Source of the DNA: Verrucomicrobiaceae bacterium
GTDB lineage: Bacteria; Verrucomicrobiota; Verrucomicrobiia; Verrucomicrobiales; Verrucomicrobiaceae
Reading direction: 5' to 3'
Length of the DNA stretch: 64,000 nucleotides
Assembly (NCBI GenBank): GCA_016795365.1
Contig: JAEUHN010000036.1
Coordinates: 93,163-157,162 of the forward strand
Position numbers and translations under genes: made by a program. The notes below the pieces were generated by a model. It was not told where the DNA came from and made no database searches. It was given only the letters and a program-made list of their open reading frames with translations. Each line of letters starts with the position of its first letter. The stretch's first letter is position 1. This document shows, piece by piece, positions 39,457-49,624 of the stretch.

Positions 39457-41994
39457 ATGCGCAACGCTTTGCTTTTCGTTCTTCTCAGCACGCTGGCAGT
39501 TCATGCGGAGATCGAGGTCACGCTCGAACTCGGCACGCCGGTGGCGAATCTCCAACTCGCTCGCGATGCCGTGCGGGCGAAGCGCAAAGCGGGCGAGAAG
39601 GGCCATGCGACGATCTGGGTGGAGGGCGGCACTTACTTGCAGCGCGAGGTGGTGACCTTTGATGCACAAGACTCGGATCTCACCATTCGCGGGGTCAATG
39701 AGGCGACGATTCAGTTCATTGGCGCGCCAGTGGTGACGGGGTTCACGAAGCACGAGGGGAGCATCGTGAAGGCGGATGTGTCGGCCTTGATCAAGAAGGG
39801 CGCGAAGTATCGTCAGGTGCTGAGCGACGGTGAGAGAATGATTCTGGCACGCTGGCCGAACTTTGATGCGAAGAACCCGCTCTACGGCGGCTGGGCTTTT
39901 CTTGACGCGATTCCAAAGGCGGTGATCGAGCAGCATCAGTGGAAGCAGGAAGGCTATCTGAAAGAGCAGGACGTCCGCACTTGGGCGCATCCGGAGGATG
40001 TGGAGATCGACATCTTCGCGCAATACGGCTGGTGGAATTTCATCGAGCCCGTGCAGACCATCGACACGGCCTCGCGCAAGCTGACGCTGGCGAAGAAGTG
40101 CAGCTACGACCTGCACCCGCACAATCGCTTTCACTTCCAGAACGCGCTCGAAGAACTCGATGCACCCGGCGAATGGTATCTCGATCCGCGCACGAGCACG
40201 CTCTACGTGTGGCCGACGAAGGAGAAGAGTGACGTGCGATTGGTGACGCTCGATAGCTTCATCAAGCTGAACGCGGACGCGAAGAACATCAGCATCGAGA
40301 AGCTGTCCTTCACCGGCTGCAATGCGACCGCCGTGACGATGACGAATACGAAGAACTGCCGCGTGGCAGGTTGCACCTTCGTGAACATCGGTGGCTTCAC
40401 CGGCAGTGCGATTGGCATCAGTGGTGGCAATGATAACGCGGCGATCAGCAACGACATCAGCTACACAGGCAGCAATGGGATCAGCCTCAGCGGTGGTGAC
40501 CGGATCACTCTGACGGCTTGCAACAACAGGGCACACAACAACCACATCCATCACTTCGGTGTCTTCAACAAGAACGCCTGCGGTGTGGGCGCGACGGGTT
40601 GCGGCATCACCATCTCGCACAACCTCATCCACGACGGTCCACGCATGGCGGTGCAGATGAGCGGCAACAACATCATCGTGGAATACAACCACATGCACCA
40701 CGTGATGCTGGAGACACAGGACGGTGGCGCGATCTACACCGGCGGTCGCGACTGGATCAGCTCGCGCGGCAGTGTGTGGCGCTACAATCGCATCCACGAC
40801 ATCATCGGTGTGGGCCAGGAGGCCGATGGCTTGAAGCATCCGTGGTTCAGCTTCGGCCTCTACCCGGACGACAACACGGGTGGCGTCGATATGATCGGCA
40901 ACCTCGTTTATCGCTGCGAGTGGACGCCGATCCACATGCACAACTCACGCGACTGCATCGTGGAGAACAACATTTTCGCCTTCGGCAACAAGTTCCAGTT
41001 CGACCTGCATGGCTGGACCAAGGACCAGCACTACTGGATCGATCACGGCCCGACGATGGTGAAGGGTTGGGAGTCGGTGAAGGATCAGCCCGCATGGAAA
41101 GGGATGCGCGGCATGGAACTCGATCCGCGCAAGGCCTTCCGCGAAGACGGCACGATGATGAGCGGCGATGTAGTGCAGCGAAACATCATGTATTCCAACA
41201 CGCCGGGCGTGAAGTATGGCGACCTGCGCAACGTGTCGCCGAAGTGGAACACGATTGATTACAACCTCGCGTGGAACGGCGGCCATCCGGTGATGACGGG
41301 TCTCAATGCAGTGGGCAAGGACATGGGCGAGCCAATTCTGGTGGAAGACTTCAGCAAGGTCGAGGCTGGCAAGACACCGAAGGGCTGGGGCTTCAATCAT
41401 CAGCCTAACAAGGCAGTGAAACTCATCGCGGTGGATGGTGCCCTGGCCGTTGATTGCGCGAAGGGTGAGGACACGAAGAACACGCACAGCGTCTTCCACA
41501 GTCCCGACATGCCCATCAAGCAGGGCTCGGCCTATCGTGTGAAGCTGCGCGTGAAGACGACCGAGCCATCGGGTCGTGTGGGCCTTGCGCTCGCCTCCTT
41601 TGAGAATGGCAAAGGCTACTGGCAGGGCGCGAGCAAGTCGGTCGCGGTCACCAACGAATGGCAGGAAGCCGAAGTCACCGGTCGCATGCCGAAGGAAGGC
41701 GAGGCGCAGTTCAAGGACTGGATGAAGACCTTCTGGCTGCGCGTGGATGCCCACGACGAGAAGGGCCGCATCCTCATCGACGACGTGCGCGTCACCGAGG
41801 CCGAGCCGATGAACGAGTGGCAGTCATGGCAAGAAGCTGGCTGGGACAGGAACAGCATCGTCGCCGATCCGCTCTTCGTCGATGCGAGCGAGGACGACTT
41901 CCGCCTGAAGCCCGAGTCCCCTGCGATCACCAAGCTCGGCTTTAAGCCGCTGCCGATCGATGAGATGGGCTTGGTGAAGGACGAGTGGAGGTGA
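39457..41994 (+). CDS. Secreted right-handed beta-helix (pectate-lyase-fold) carbohydrate-active protein with a C-terminal CBM4/9-like carbohydrate-binding module
   Basis: Signal peptide MRNALLFVLLSTLAVHA. Beta-helix rungs (NCRVAGCTFVNIGGFTGSAIGISGGNDNAAISNDISYTGSNGISLSGGD...NNHIHHFG). The C-terminal ~200 aa is a beta-sandwich-like module (AVDCAKGEDTKNTHSVF...FWLRVDAHDEKGRILIDDVRV). Confidence 0.7.
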   Translation: MRNALLFVLLSTLAVHAEIEVTLELGTPVANLQLARDAVRAKRKAGEKGHATIWVEGGTYLQREVVTFDAQDSDLTIRGVNEATIQFIGAPVVTGFTKHEGSIVKADVSALIKKGAKYRQVLSDGERMILARWPNFDAKNPLYGGWAFLDAIPKAVIEQHQWKQEGYLKEQDVRTWAHPEDVEIDIFAQYGWWNFIEPVQTIDTASRKLTLAKKCSYDLHPHNRFHFQNALEELDAPGEWYLDPRTSTLYVWPTKEKSDVRLVTLDSFIKLNADAKNISIEKLSFTGCNATAVTMTNTKNCRVAGCTFVNIGGFTGSAIGISGGNDNAAISNDISYTGSNGISLSGGDRITLTACNNRAHNNHIHHFGVFNKNACGVGATGCGITISHNLIHDGPRMAVQMSGNNIIVEYNHMHHVMLETQDGGAIYTGGRDWISSRGSVWRYNRIHDIIGVGQEADGLKHPWFSFGLYPDDNTGGVDMIGNLVYRCEWTPIHMHNSRDCIVENNIFAFGNKFQFDLHGWTKDQHYWIDHGPTMVKGWESVKDQPAWKGMRGMELDPRKAFREDGTMMSGDVVQRNIMYSNTPGVKYGDLRNVSPKWNTIDYNLAWNGGHPVMTGLNAVGKDMGEPILVEDFSKVEAGKTPKGWGFNHQPNKAVKLIAVDGALAVDCAKGEDTKNTHSVFHSPDMPIKQGSAYRVKLRVKTTEPSGRVGLALASFENGKGYWQGASKSVAVTNEWQEAEVTGRMPKEGEAQFKDWMKTFWLRVDAHDEKGRILIDDVRVTEAEPMNEWQSWQEAGWDRNSIVADPLFVDASEDDFRLKPESPAITKLGFKPLPIDEMGLVKDEWR

Positions 41995-42002
41995 GTTGAA
42001 TT

Positions 42003-42260
42003 GAACCACGTAGTGGTTCTCCATGAGTAGCCGTAGATGATCCGAGCGAAGCGAGGTGAACCTACGGTCACGGGGACAATCGAACCAACCGCGCAGAGGT
42101 TGTCCCATCACGATCGTCGAGAACCCAGCAACCTGATGGGCCTACCGCTGCGCGGTAAAATGGGTGGCGAATGGGTGACCGTAGGTTTGCCTCGTCAGAC
42201 TCGGCATAACCTACGGCTACTCATGGATAACCGCTGCGCGGTTGCCGATAAGTGTGGGCG
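42003..42260. repeat. Nested inverted-repeat element (MITE-like or structured RNA) in a convergent intergenic region
   Basis: Small hairpin GAACCAC-gta-GTGGTTC (42003-42019). Outer inverted repeat CCATGAGTAGCCGTAG (42021-42036) / CTACGGCTACTCATGG (42211-42226). Inner inverted repeat GGTGAACCTACGGTCAC (42055-42071) / GTGACCGTAGGTT (42176-42188). Direct repeat CCGCTGCGCGG (42145-42155 and 42230-42240). Confidence 0.5.
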
Positions 42261-42392
42261 CGCCACATGACGGTAGCGCTTTGTTTCAGTGTCTTGCCAA
42301 CTGATGCTGTTGTTGTGAGCGTGGCGTGTGGTTGGAAGTCTCGCGCCTCCCACCTCATTGAGGTGGGCTACAGCGTTGAGCGTCGCGAGACC

Positions 42393-43295
42393 TCACTCAA
42401 ACGCACTGATCACCGGCTTGCCGTCGAACTCGGCGGGCACGGGCACATCGAGCAACCACAGCGCAGTCGCGGCAGTGTCGTAGGTCGTGACGGGGGCGGT
42501 GATGGTGAAGTTCTTTTTGACGCCTTTGCCCCAGGCGACCCAGGGGATGATCATGTCGTCGGGGATGTTGTCGCCGTGCGTTTTGAGATGGCCGCCGTGA
42601 TCGGCGGTGACGATGACGACGCTGCTGTCGGCGATGCCGGCATCTTTGATGGCTTGCATCACTTGCCAGAAGGCCTGGTCGGAAACCTTGAACGCTTCTT
42701 TTTGTTCGGGAGATCCCCAGCCGCTCGCGTGGCCGGCGCTATCGCCATCGGTGAGATGGATGAAGGCGAGCGTGGGCTTCTTTTCTTTGATCAGAGCGGC
42801 GGCTTGCTTCGCCACTTCTTGCGAAGGCTTCTTGCCTTTCTCGATCTCAGCGGTGCCAGCGACGGGGCCGGGCGTCTGCGCGCCGCCGTAGTCGAAGACA
42901 TCGAGCGTGTCCTTGATCCACAGATGACGGAACTTCACCTTGCCCACGACCATGGCCGTGAACGCCTCGGGGCGCGCGGCCTTGAGCAGCGAGAACATGG
43001 TGGGCACTTTGACGATGCCTTTGATCGGCGAGAAGTCGTTCCACAGGATCTGATGCTTGTCGGGTCCAACACCGGTCATCATGGAGGTGTGCGAGGGGAG
43101 CGTCTTCGAGGGGAAGATCGTGCTGGCCTGCCAGGTCACGGCTCCTTCCGCGGCGAGTTTTTTCAGCGTGGGCATCTCGCTCTCGGCGATGACGGTGGGC
43201 TTGCCTCCATCAAAGCTGACGACAAAAACGTGCTCGGCGCGAGGCGCGGCTTGGACCGTGATGGCGAGGGCGAGAAGGGGAACAAGGAATCGCAT
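42393..43295 (-). CDS. Secreted alkaline-phosphatase-superfamily enzyme (nucleotide pyrophosphatase/phosphodiesterase-like)
   Basis: Signal peptide MRFLVPLLALAITVQA. AP-superfamily metal-ligand motifs (FVVSFDGG, HLTDGDSAGHASGWGS, VIVTADHGGH). The antisense ORF 42252..43346 is spurious. Confidence 0.7.
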   Translation of the reverse strand: MRFLVPLLALAITVQAAPRAEHVFVVSFDGGKPTVIAESEMPTLKKLAAEGAVTWQASTIFPSKTLPSHTSMMTGVGPDKHQILWNDFSPIKGIVKVPTMFSLLKAARPEAFTAMVVGKVKFRHLWIKDTLDVFDYGGAQTPGPVAGTAEIEKGKKPSQEVAKQAAALIKEKKPTLAFIHLTDGDSAGHASGWGSPEQKEAFKVSDQAFWQVMQAIKDAGIADSSVVIVTADHGGHLKTHGDNIPDDMIIPWVAWGKGVKKNFTITAPVTTYDTAATALWLLDVPVPAEFDGKPVISAFE

Positions 43296-43364
43296 AAGGG
43301 GCCACGATTAACGGGTGGTCGTCGCGATTGCTTCCAAAAAGGTTGAGCGTGGATTGCGCTGCGA

Positions 43365-44396
43365 TCACGCGGACCACTGCTTCTCGAACAGACGCGCGAG
43401 GCCTTCGGGCGAATTCGAGAGCGTGGTGTCGAGCAGGACCTTCGCGACGTCGAGGCGCGAGACTTTGACGCCCGCGAGCAGCTGGGCATCGGTCGCCTTG
43501 CGCAGATGCGCGAGCGTGCGGACGCCGAGGATCAAGGGCAGCGCGGTCGCGTAGCGGAGCTTGCCGTGCTGGAGGAGCTGCAAGTAACGAAGTCCGGCGC
43601 GCAAGTGCTCGGCACCGATGTCGAACCACGCCTGCCACACGGGCCGCAGGCAGGCCGGGTCGCGTTGGATTTGTTCGATCGTGAGTCCGTGTGCGGACCA
43701 TTCATCGGCGGGCAGGTAGCAACGACCGAGGGTCGCGTCCTTGCCGATGTCGCGGAGGATGTTGACGAGTTGCAGACCTTTGCCGAAGCGTATGCCGAGG
43801 GCAATCGCTTCATCGAGAGTCGCGCCGGGCGCGAAGACGCCGCTCATCTCGCTGAAGCACAGCCCGGTCCAGAATTCGCCCACGCAACCGGCGACGCGGT
43901 AGGTGTAGTCGTCGAGTTCGGCAGCGGTGGTCAGCGAATGAAGTGGGTCGGCGGACGGGAAGCGGGTGAGGTCGGCTTGCTGGCCGCTGATGATCGTGGC
44001 GAGGACGGCGCGGATGTTGGAGAGAACGCCGCCCGACATCGTGCCGAGCCAGGCGAGCGATTCCTGCGTGTGCTCCATCAGGGCGCGCTCCGCGGGATCG
44101 CTTTGGTGAGTCGCAAACTTGTCCCGGACCCGCTGCGCGAATTCCTTGGGCTCGAGGCAGTCGGCGGTGCCGCCTTGGATGAGTTGGTCGAAAGCGGTGA
44201 GAAGTTGGAGCCGCAGCTCGGTGCTGACTGCGGTCGTGTCGGCGATCGTGTCCGCCGTTCGCGCGAGGAGGTAGGCGAGGGAAATCGGCTCTCGTAGTTC
44301 TCGAGGCAGGGCTTTGAGCGTGAGGTAAAACGACCGTGAGACGGAAGCGAGCAGCTGTCCGCCGAGGGCTTTTTCGTGATGGCTTTCGTCGCTCAA
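43365..44396 (-). CDS. Squalene/phytoene synthase family protein (HpnC/HpnD-like; presqualene diphosphate / squalene synthase)
   Basis: [14 protein letters not shown]...[13 protein letters not shown] (first Asp-rich region) and YRVAGCVG...[14 protein letters not shown]...[10 protein letters not shown] (second conserved region) are typical of trans-isoprenyl diphosphate synthases head-to-head. Confidence 0.75.
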   Translation of the reverse strand: MSDESHHEKALGGQLLASVSRSFYLTLKALPRELREPISLAYLLARTADTIADTTAVSTELRLQLLTAFDQLIQGGTADCLEPKEFAQRVRDKFATHQSDPAERALMEHTQESLAWLGTMSGGVLSNIRAVLATIISGQQADLTRFPSADPLHSLTTAAELDDYTYRVAGCVGEFWTGLCFSEMSGVFAPGATLDEAIALGIRFGKGLQLVNILRDIGKDATLGRCYLPADEWSAHGLTIEQIQRDPACLRPVWQAWFDIGAEHLRAGLRYLQLLQHGKLRYATALPLILGVRTLAHLRKATDAQLLAGVKVSRLDVAKVLLDTTLSNSPEGLARLFEKQWSA

Positions 44397-44575
44397 GGTG
44401 GGTTTTCGATGCCACGCGGGGCAGGGGGCTTCAAGGGCTGAGATGGGGTCGGCGCACCAGGAGTTGTTTGTGTAGTCGGCTACGAAAACAAGATATAGTG
44501 GTTACATTCAGTGTGGAAATGCTGTTCAAAGCTCAGAGTTGCGCGGGCCATCGTTTCCGCGCTATGCTGCCCTTT

Positions 44576-45526
44576 ATGGCAGTCTCTCGTCCTTCGATCT
44601 TTGTGGCCGGTCATCGCGGCATGGTGGGTTCAGCGCTCGTGCGGGCGATTCAGGCGAAGGGAGAGATGGATGTCATCTCCGCGAGTCGAAGCGACTGCGA
44701 CCTGACGAACCAGGCTTCTGTCGAGGCTTTCATCGGGGATCGGAAACCTGATCTCATGATCGTGGCGGCGGCGAAGGTGGGGGGGATTCACGCCAACGCG
44801 ACCTACCCGGCGGATTTCATTTATGAGAACCTCATGATCGCGGCGAACTGCGTTCACTCGGCCTACCGCCATGGGGTGAAGCGTCTGCTCTTCCTGGGCA
44901 GCTCGTGCATTTATCCTCGACTCGCCCCGCAGCCGATGCCGGAGAGTTGTCTTTTGACCTCCGAACTGGAGCCGACCAACGAAGCCTACGCCATCGCCAA
45001 GATCGCGGGCCTGAAACTCTGCCAGCACTACCGGAAGCAGTATGGGGTGATGTTTCACTCGGCGATGCCGACCAATCTCTACGGTCCGGGCGACAACTAC
45101 CACCCCGAGAACTCGCATGTGATCCCGGCGCTGCTCCGGCGCTTTCACGAGGCGAAGGTCAATGGCGCGCCCGAGGTGGTGTGCTGGGGCACGGGCACGC
45201 CGATGCGGGAGTTTCTTTTCGTCGATGATCTGGCGCAGGGCTGCCTGCACTTGCTGAATGCCGAGAATCCGCCGGACTGGGTGAACCTGGGCAGCGGCAC
45301 GGATGTGACGATCAAGGAGCTGGTCGGGCTGGTCGCCGAGACGGTCGGCTACTCGGGCAGAATTGGTTGGGACACGAGCAAGCCTGACGGCACGCCGCGC
45401 AAGCTGATGGACGTCTCGAAGATGACCGCGCTCGGCTGGTCGGCGACGGTGACGTTGAAGGAGGGGCTCAAGCTGGCCTACCAGGATTTCCTCGCGCACC
45501 TCGCGAAAGGCGACGCCCGACTCTGA
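44576..45526 (+). CDS. fcl: GDP-L-fucose synthase (GDP-4-keto-6-deoxy-D-mannose 3,5-epimerase/4-reductase)
   Basis: [16 protein letters not shown] (Rossmann GxxGxxG). YxxxK catalytic pair ([13 protein letters not shown]). Overall co-linearity with E. coli Fcl. No gmd is adjacent. Confidence 0.85.
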   Translation: MAVSRPSIFVAGHRGMVGSALVRAIQAKGEMDVISASRSDCDLTNQASVEAFIGDRKPDLMIVAAAKVGGIHANATYPADFIYENLMIAANCVHSAYRHGVKRLLFLGSSCIYPRLAPQPMPESCLLTSELEPTNEAYAIAKIAGLKLCQHYRKQYGVMFHSAMPTNLYGPGDNYHPENSHVIPALLRRFHEAKVNGAPEVVCWGTGTPMREFLFVDDLAQGCLHLLNAENPPDWVNLGSGTDVTIKELVGLVAETVGYSGRIGWDTSKPDGTPRKLMDVSKMTALGWSATVTLKEGLKLAYQDFLAHLAKGDARL

Positions 45527-47401
45527 TCACTTCCGCAGCAGGATCGCGAGCAGGGCGATGTCCGCCGGGGTGACGCCTTGGACACGGGCCGCTTGGCCGA
45601 GGGTGGCGGGGCGGATTTGGTTGAGCTTGAGCTGCGCCTCGCGCTTGAGGCCCTGGATCGTGAGGTAGTCGAGGCTGGCCGGGAGGGTCTGGTCTTCCAT
45701 CCGGGCGGTCTTCTGAATGAGCGATTCCTGGCGGGTCACGTAGCCTTCGTATTTGAGGTGGTTCTCCAGCAGGGACCAAACCTCGTCCGTGAACTGCGTG
45801 CGGATCTCCTCCGGCAGCAGGGCAGGGGAGTTCTCCGGGCGACGGAGCCAGCGCTCGATTTTGATGCCGTCGTGAGCAGCGGTGTGGGCGAAGGTGGTGG
45901 CGGCTTCGAGTTGGGCGGCCTTTTCCTCCGTGTGGCGACGGCGGAAGTCATCGACCAGACCCAGCGCAGCGGCTTTCGGCGTGAGCCGGAGATCGCAGTT
46001 GTCCTGGCGGAGGAGGAGGCGGTGCTCGGCGCGGCTGGTGAAAAGGCGGTAGGGCTCCGTGGTGCCCTTCGTCACCAAGTCGTCCACGAGCACACCGAGG
46101 TAGGCCTCGCTGCGGCTCAACACGAGCGACGGGTTGCCCAGAATCTTGAGCGCCGCATTCGCTCCCGCGAGCAAGCCCTGGCCACCAGCTTCCTCGTAAC
46201 CGGAGGTGCCGTTGATCTGGCCGGCGAAGTAGAGGCCGCTCACGCGCTTCGTTTCCAGGGTCGGCTGGAGCTGTGTGGGGGGGCAGTAATCGTATTCGAC
46301 CGCGTAGCCGGGGCGGATGATCTCGGCGTTTTCGAGACCGGAGATCGACCGGATAAACTCCAGCTGCACCTCGAAGGGCAGGCTCGTGGACACCCCGTTC
46401 ACGTAATACTCCTGCGTGTGGCGACCCTCGGGTTCGAGGAAAACCTGGTGCCGATCCTTCTCGGCGAAGCGCACCACCTTGTCCTCGATGGAGGGGCAAT
46501 AGCGGGGGCCGACGCCCTCGATGCGGCCGCAATACATCGGCGAGCGGTCCAGATTGGCCCGGATCACGTCGTGGGTTTGCGGGTTCGTGTAGGTGATCCA
46601 GCAGGGCATTTGTTCCACGTGGAACTTTTCGGGCTGCCAGTGATTGAGGGTAAACAGGCTGCGCCCGACCTTTTCATCGTCCTCCGGCAGGTGCCCGGAG
46701 AGGTAGCTGAAGCGGGGTGGGGGAGTGTCGCCGGGCTGCGCTTCGCACTTGGAGAAGTCGATGGAGCGACCGTTGAGGCGGCAGGGGGTGCCGGTTTTGA
46801 AGCGTTTCACCTCGAAGCCGAGGGCGAGCAGGCTGTCGGAAAGGGTCGAAATCGCATCCCCCATGCGTCCGCCGGACTGGTTCTGAAGACCCACATGCAG
46901 CAGTCCGCGCATGAACGTCCCGGAGGAAATGACCAGTGAACGGGTGCGGTAGGTGAGCCCCAGGGAGGTTCGCACGCCTGTGACCTGATCGTTCTCGACC
47001 AGAATCTCCGCTGCGTTCCCTTGGTGCAGGTCCAGGTTCGGCTGGTTCTCCAGCAGCCACTTCATGCGGAATTGGTAGGCCTTCTTGTCGCACTGGGCAC
47101 GAGGTGCCTGGACGCTGGGACCCTTCCGCGCGTTCAGCATGCGGAACTGAATACCCGTCGCATCCGTGTTGAGCGCCATCACCCCGCCCAAAGCATCGAT
47201 CTCGCGGACCACATGCCCTTTGGCCAGTCCCCCGATCGCCGGGTTGCAGGACATCTGGCTGATCGTGTCCAGGTTCTGGGTGAGAATGGCGGTCCGGCAA
47301 CCCAGCCTCGCGGCAGCCATCGCAGCCTCGACCCCGGCATGACCGGCACCGCAGATGATCACGTCGTAGTGGACTGGGTAGGTGTAGAGGCTGGCGGACA
47401 T
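45527..47401 (-). CDS. mnmG: tRNA uridine 5-carboxymethylaminomethyl modification enzyme MnmG (GidA)
   Basis: [23 protein letters not shown] (FAD). ...[26 protein letters not shown]-terminal [28 protein letters not shown]. Canonical MnmG. Confidence 0.9.
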   Translation of the reverse strand: MSASLYTYPVHYDVIICGAGHAGVEAAMAAARLGCRTAILTQNLDTISQMSCNPAIGGLAKGHVVREIDALGGVMALNTDATGIQFRMLNARKGPSVQAPRAQCDKKAYQFRMKWLLENQPNLDLHQGNAAEILVENDQVTGVRTSLGLTYRTRSLVISSGTFMRGLLHVGLQNQSGGRMGDAISTLSDSLLALGFEVKRFKTGTPCRLNGRSIDFSKCEAQPGDTPPPRFSYLSGHLPEDDEKVGRSLFTLNHWQPEKFHVEQMPCWITYTNPQTHDVIRANLDRSPMYCGRIEGVGPRYCPSIEDKVVRFAEKDRHQVFLEPEGRHTQEYYVNGVSTSLPFEVQLEFIRSISGLENAEIIRPGYAVEYDYCPPTQLQPTLETKRVSGLYFAGQINGTSGYEEAGGQGLLAGANAALKILGNPSLVLSRSEAYLGVLVDDLVTKGTTEPYRLFTSRAEHRLLLRQDNCDLRLTPKAAALGLVDDFRRRHTEEKAAQLEAATTFAHTAAHDGIKIERWLRRPENSPALLPEEIRTQFTDEVWSLLENHLKYEGYVTRQESLIQKTARMEDQTLPASLDYLTIQGLKREAQLKLNQIRPATLGQAARVQGVTPADIALLAILLRK

Positions 47402-47497
47402 GGGGTAGGAGAGTTAGCAGACGCCACATGGTTTGTCACTTTCGAGCTGACCAACGTATGGTTATGCCACTCATCGGTCACCAAGGTGGAACCTCAT

Positions 47498-47515
47498 TTG
47501 TTCCACGTGGAACAA
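47498..47515. promoter_or_regulatory. Perfect 18-bp palindrome TTGTTCCACGTGGAACAA in the mnmG / pdhA divergent promoter region (candidate operator)
   Basis: Palindrome with a CACGTG core, 96 bp upstream of mnmG start and 98 bp upstream of pdhA start. A 19-bp identical copy (CATTTGTTCCACGTGGAAC) lies inside the mnmG coding sequence at 46607-46625. Confidence 0.35.
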
Positions 47516-47612
47516 ACATCGAGTCGAAGCTGACCCGAAACACTCTCTTCGTGACCCCACACTCCGAGTTGCCCGAGGCACCAAACTTGCTACTCTCCGC
47601 CACCTCACCGCC

Positions 47613-48686
47613 ATGCCTAAAGCTCTCTCTCCGAACCTTCCCTCACAGGCCCCGATCAACCAAGCACTCAAGCCTTCGGACAAAGTGGACCTCTATCGCA
47701 CCATGGTCCGAATCCGGAAGTTCGAGCAGCGCAGTCTGAACTCCTACCAGTCAGGAAAAGTCGGCGGATTCCTCCACCTCTACATCGGGCAGGAATCGGT
47801 GGTCGTTGGCACCCAATCTCTCCTCGGTGCCAACGATCACACCATCACCGCCTACCGAAACCATGGCCATGGCCTAGCGGCGGGAATGAACATGAACGAG
47901 TGCATGGCGGAGCTGTATGGCCGTGCGACCGGCTGCTCGAAAGGGAAGGGGGGATCGATGCATTACTTCGCTCCCGACAAGAATTACTGGGGAGGTCATG
48001 GAATTGTGGCCGGTCAGACGCCCCTAGGCACCGGCCTCGCTTACGGTCTGAAGTATCGCGGGCTTAAAGGATGCGCACTGGCTTTCCTGGGCGACGGAGC
48101 CGTGAATCAGGGTAGCTTTCACGAGTCGTTAAATCTCGCGGCTCTGTGGGATCTCCCCATCATTTATGTGATCGAAAACAACGGTTACTCCATGGGAACC
48201 AGCCAACGCCGCTCGTCCGCCTACCCCTCCTGCCTGGCAGAGCGAGCCGAAGGCTACGGCATGGCATGGGATCAATTCGACGGCACCAACCTCTATGAAG
48301 TGCGCGCAAGAACTCAGGTCGCGATCGAACGTGCCCACAACGAATCGAAACCCACCTTGCTGGAAATTGCGACTTACCGTTGGGAAGGTCATTCTGTCGC
48401 CGATGCGATGAAGACGGTTTACCGCACCAAGGAAGAAATCGAAAAGTATCAGCGAGAGCACGATCCGATCATGGTCTGGAAAGAGATCCTAATTTCGGAG
48501 AACATCGCCACCGAAGCCGAGCTGAAGCAGATTGATCGCGCCGCTCAAAAGGAAGCCGATGAGGCAGCAGACTTCGCCGAAGTCAGTCCTTACCCCGAAC
48601 CGGAGTCGATCTTCGACGACGTTTACTGGGAAACGGACAACAAGACCGAAGCCGGAAATACCGGTCGCCACTTCTTCAACGACTAG
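47613..48686 (+). CDS. pdhA: Pyruvate/2-oxoacid dehydrogenase E1 component alpha subunit (TPP-dependent)
   Basis: TPP-binding GDGAVNQG...ENNGYSMGT motif; YRTMVRIRKFEQ N-terminus; phosphorylation-loop-like YRWEGHSVAD. No E1-beta gene follows; a tRNA gene is next. Confidence 0.8.
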   Translation: MPKALSPNLPSQAPINQALKPSDKVDLYRTMVRIRKFEQRSLNSYQSGKVGGFLHLYIGQESVVVGTQSLLGANDHTITAYRNHGHGLAAGMNMNECMAELYGRATGCSKGKGGSMHYFAPDKNYWGGHGIVAGQTPLGTGLAYGLKYRGLKGCALAFLGDGAVNQGSFHESLNLAALWDLPIIYVIENNGYSMGTSQRRSSAYPSCLAERAEGYGMAWDQFDGTNLYEVRARTQVAIERAHNESKPTLLEIATYRWEGHSVADAMKTVYRTKEEIEKYQREHDPIMVWKEILISENIATEAELKQIDRAAQKEADEAADFAEVSPYPEPESIFDDVYWETDNKTEAGNTGRHFFND

Positions 48687-48758
48687 CCTCACATCCGCGC
48701 GAAATTCTGCTGGCACTCTAGCGAATCGCGTTTACTCTCTGCGCCCGTTTCTCGTGAT

Positions 48759-48834
48759 GGTGGTCGTAGCTCAATGGTAGAGCCCCAGATTGTGATTCTG
48801 GTTGTTGCGGGTTCGAGTCCCGTCGATCACCCCA
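48759..48834 (+). tRNA. tRNA-His (anticodon GTG) with an encoded G-1 and CCA
   Basis: G-1 plus acceptor GTGGTCG/CGATCAC (one G-U). D-arm GTAGCTCAATGGTAGAGC. Anticodon stem CCAGA/TCTGG with loop TTGTGAT (anticodon GTG). T-arm GCGGGTTCGAGTCCCGT. Discriminator C73, CCA, then a T-run. Confidence 0.85.
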
Positions 48835-48895
48835 TTTTTTGATACCTCTGGCCCGCGAGGCGGAAGCCTCATCAAGAAATACAGAACGAAACGAA

Positions 48896-49624
48896 ATGCG
48901 AAGCTCCGAAGAACTTCAACACATCATCGGCTATCGTTTTCAACGGCTTGACCTTCTGAAGCTTGCGCTCACGCATCCAAGTATGCGTGTGGAGAATCCC
49001 AAGTCCGGAGACAATCAACGCTTGGAATTTCTTGGGGACGCCGTCGCCCAGCTCCTTCTGTCCGAGCGCATCTACCAACTGATGCCCGAAACAAACGAAG
49101 GCGGCATGACCCAAACCCGCGCTGCTGTCGCCTCTTCGAAGAGCATGGCCTCCATCGCTCGCAAGTTTAATCTCGGAAGATTTCTCCGCCTTTCCAGGAG
49201 CGAAGAATCCACTGGGGGTCGCAACCGCGACGCTGCTCTGGCCGACGTCCTCGAAGCAATTCTCGGCGCCATCTATCTTGATGGTGGGATCGAACCAGCT
49301 CGCGCTGCGATCGAACTCTTCTTTGCTCCACAAATTAACCAAGCGACCAAGGTGACCAAACTAGTCACCGACTCCAATCCAAAAGGAAAACTCCAGGAAG
49401 TGATTCAGGATCACACCAGCATCCTACCCACTTACCGAATCACGGAGGAATCCGGCCCCGACCACGACAAGAAGTTCACGGCCACGGTTCACTGGGAGAA
49501 CCATCTCCTTGGATCTGGCGAGGGCCCTAGTAAAAAGGAAGCAGAAATTGCTGCCGCCCTTGCCGCCGTGCAAAACACCAGTCTCTTGGAGATCATCAAA
49601 AACTCCGGCCAGACCCAAAGCTGA
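48896..49624 (+). CDS. rnc: Ribonuclease III
   Basis: RNase III signature ERLEFLGDAVAQLLLSERIY; C-terminal dsRBD (KGKLQEVIQ...GSGEGPSKKEAEIAAALAAV). An in-frame upstream TTG at 48839 is an alternative start. Confidence 0.85.
   Translation: MRSSEELQHIIGYRFQRLDLLKLALTHPSMRVENPKSGDNQRLEFLGDAVAQLLLSERIYQLMPETNEGGMTQTRAAVASSKSMASIARKFNLGRFLRLSRSEESTGGRNRDAALADVLEAILGAIYLDGGIEPARAAIELFFAPQINQATKVTKLVTDSNPKGKLQEVIQDHTSILPTYRITEESGPDHDKKFTATVHWENHLLGSGEGPSKKEAEIAAALAAVQNTSLLEIIKNSGQTQS

Noticed and set aside
39277-40941. 554-aa minus-strand ORF opposite the 845-aa beta-helix gene
   Set aside because: Antisense shadow. The plus-strand protein has a signal peptide and regular beta-helix repeats.
42252-43346. 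364-aa plus-strand ORF opposite the alkaline-phosphatase-like gene
   Set aside because: Gly/Asp/Arg-rich low-complexity translation. The minus-strand product has a signal peptide and AP-superfamily metal-binding motifs.
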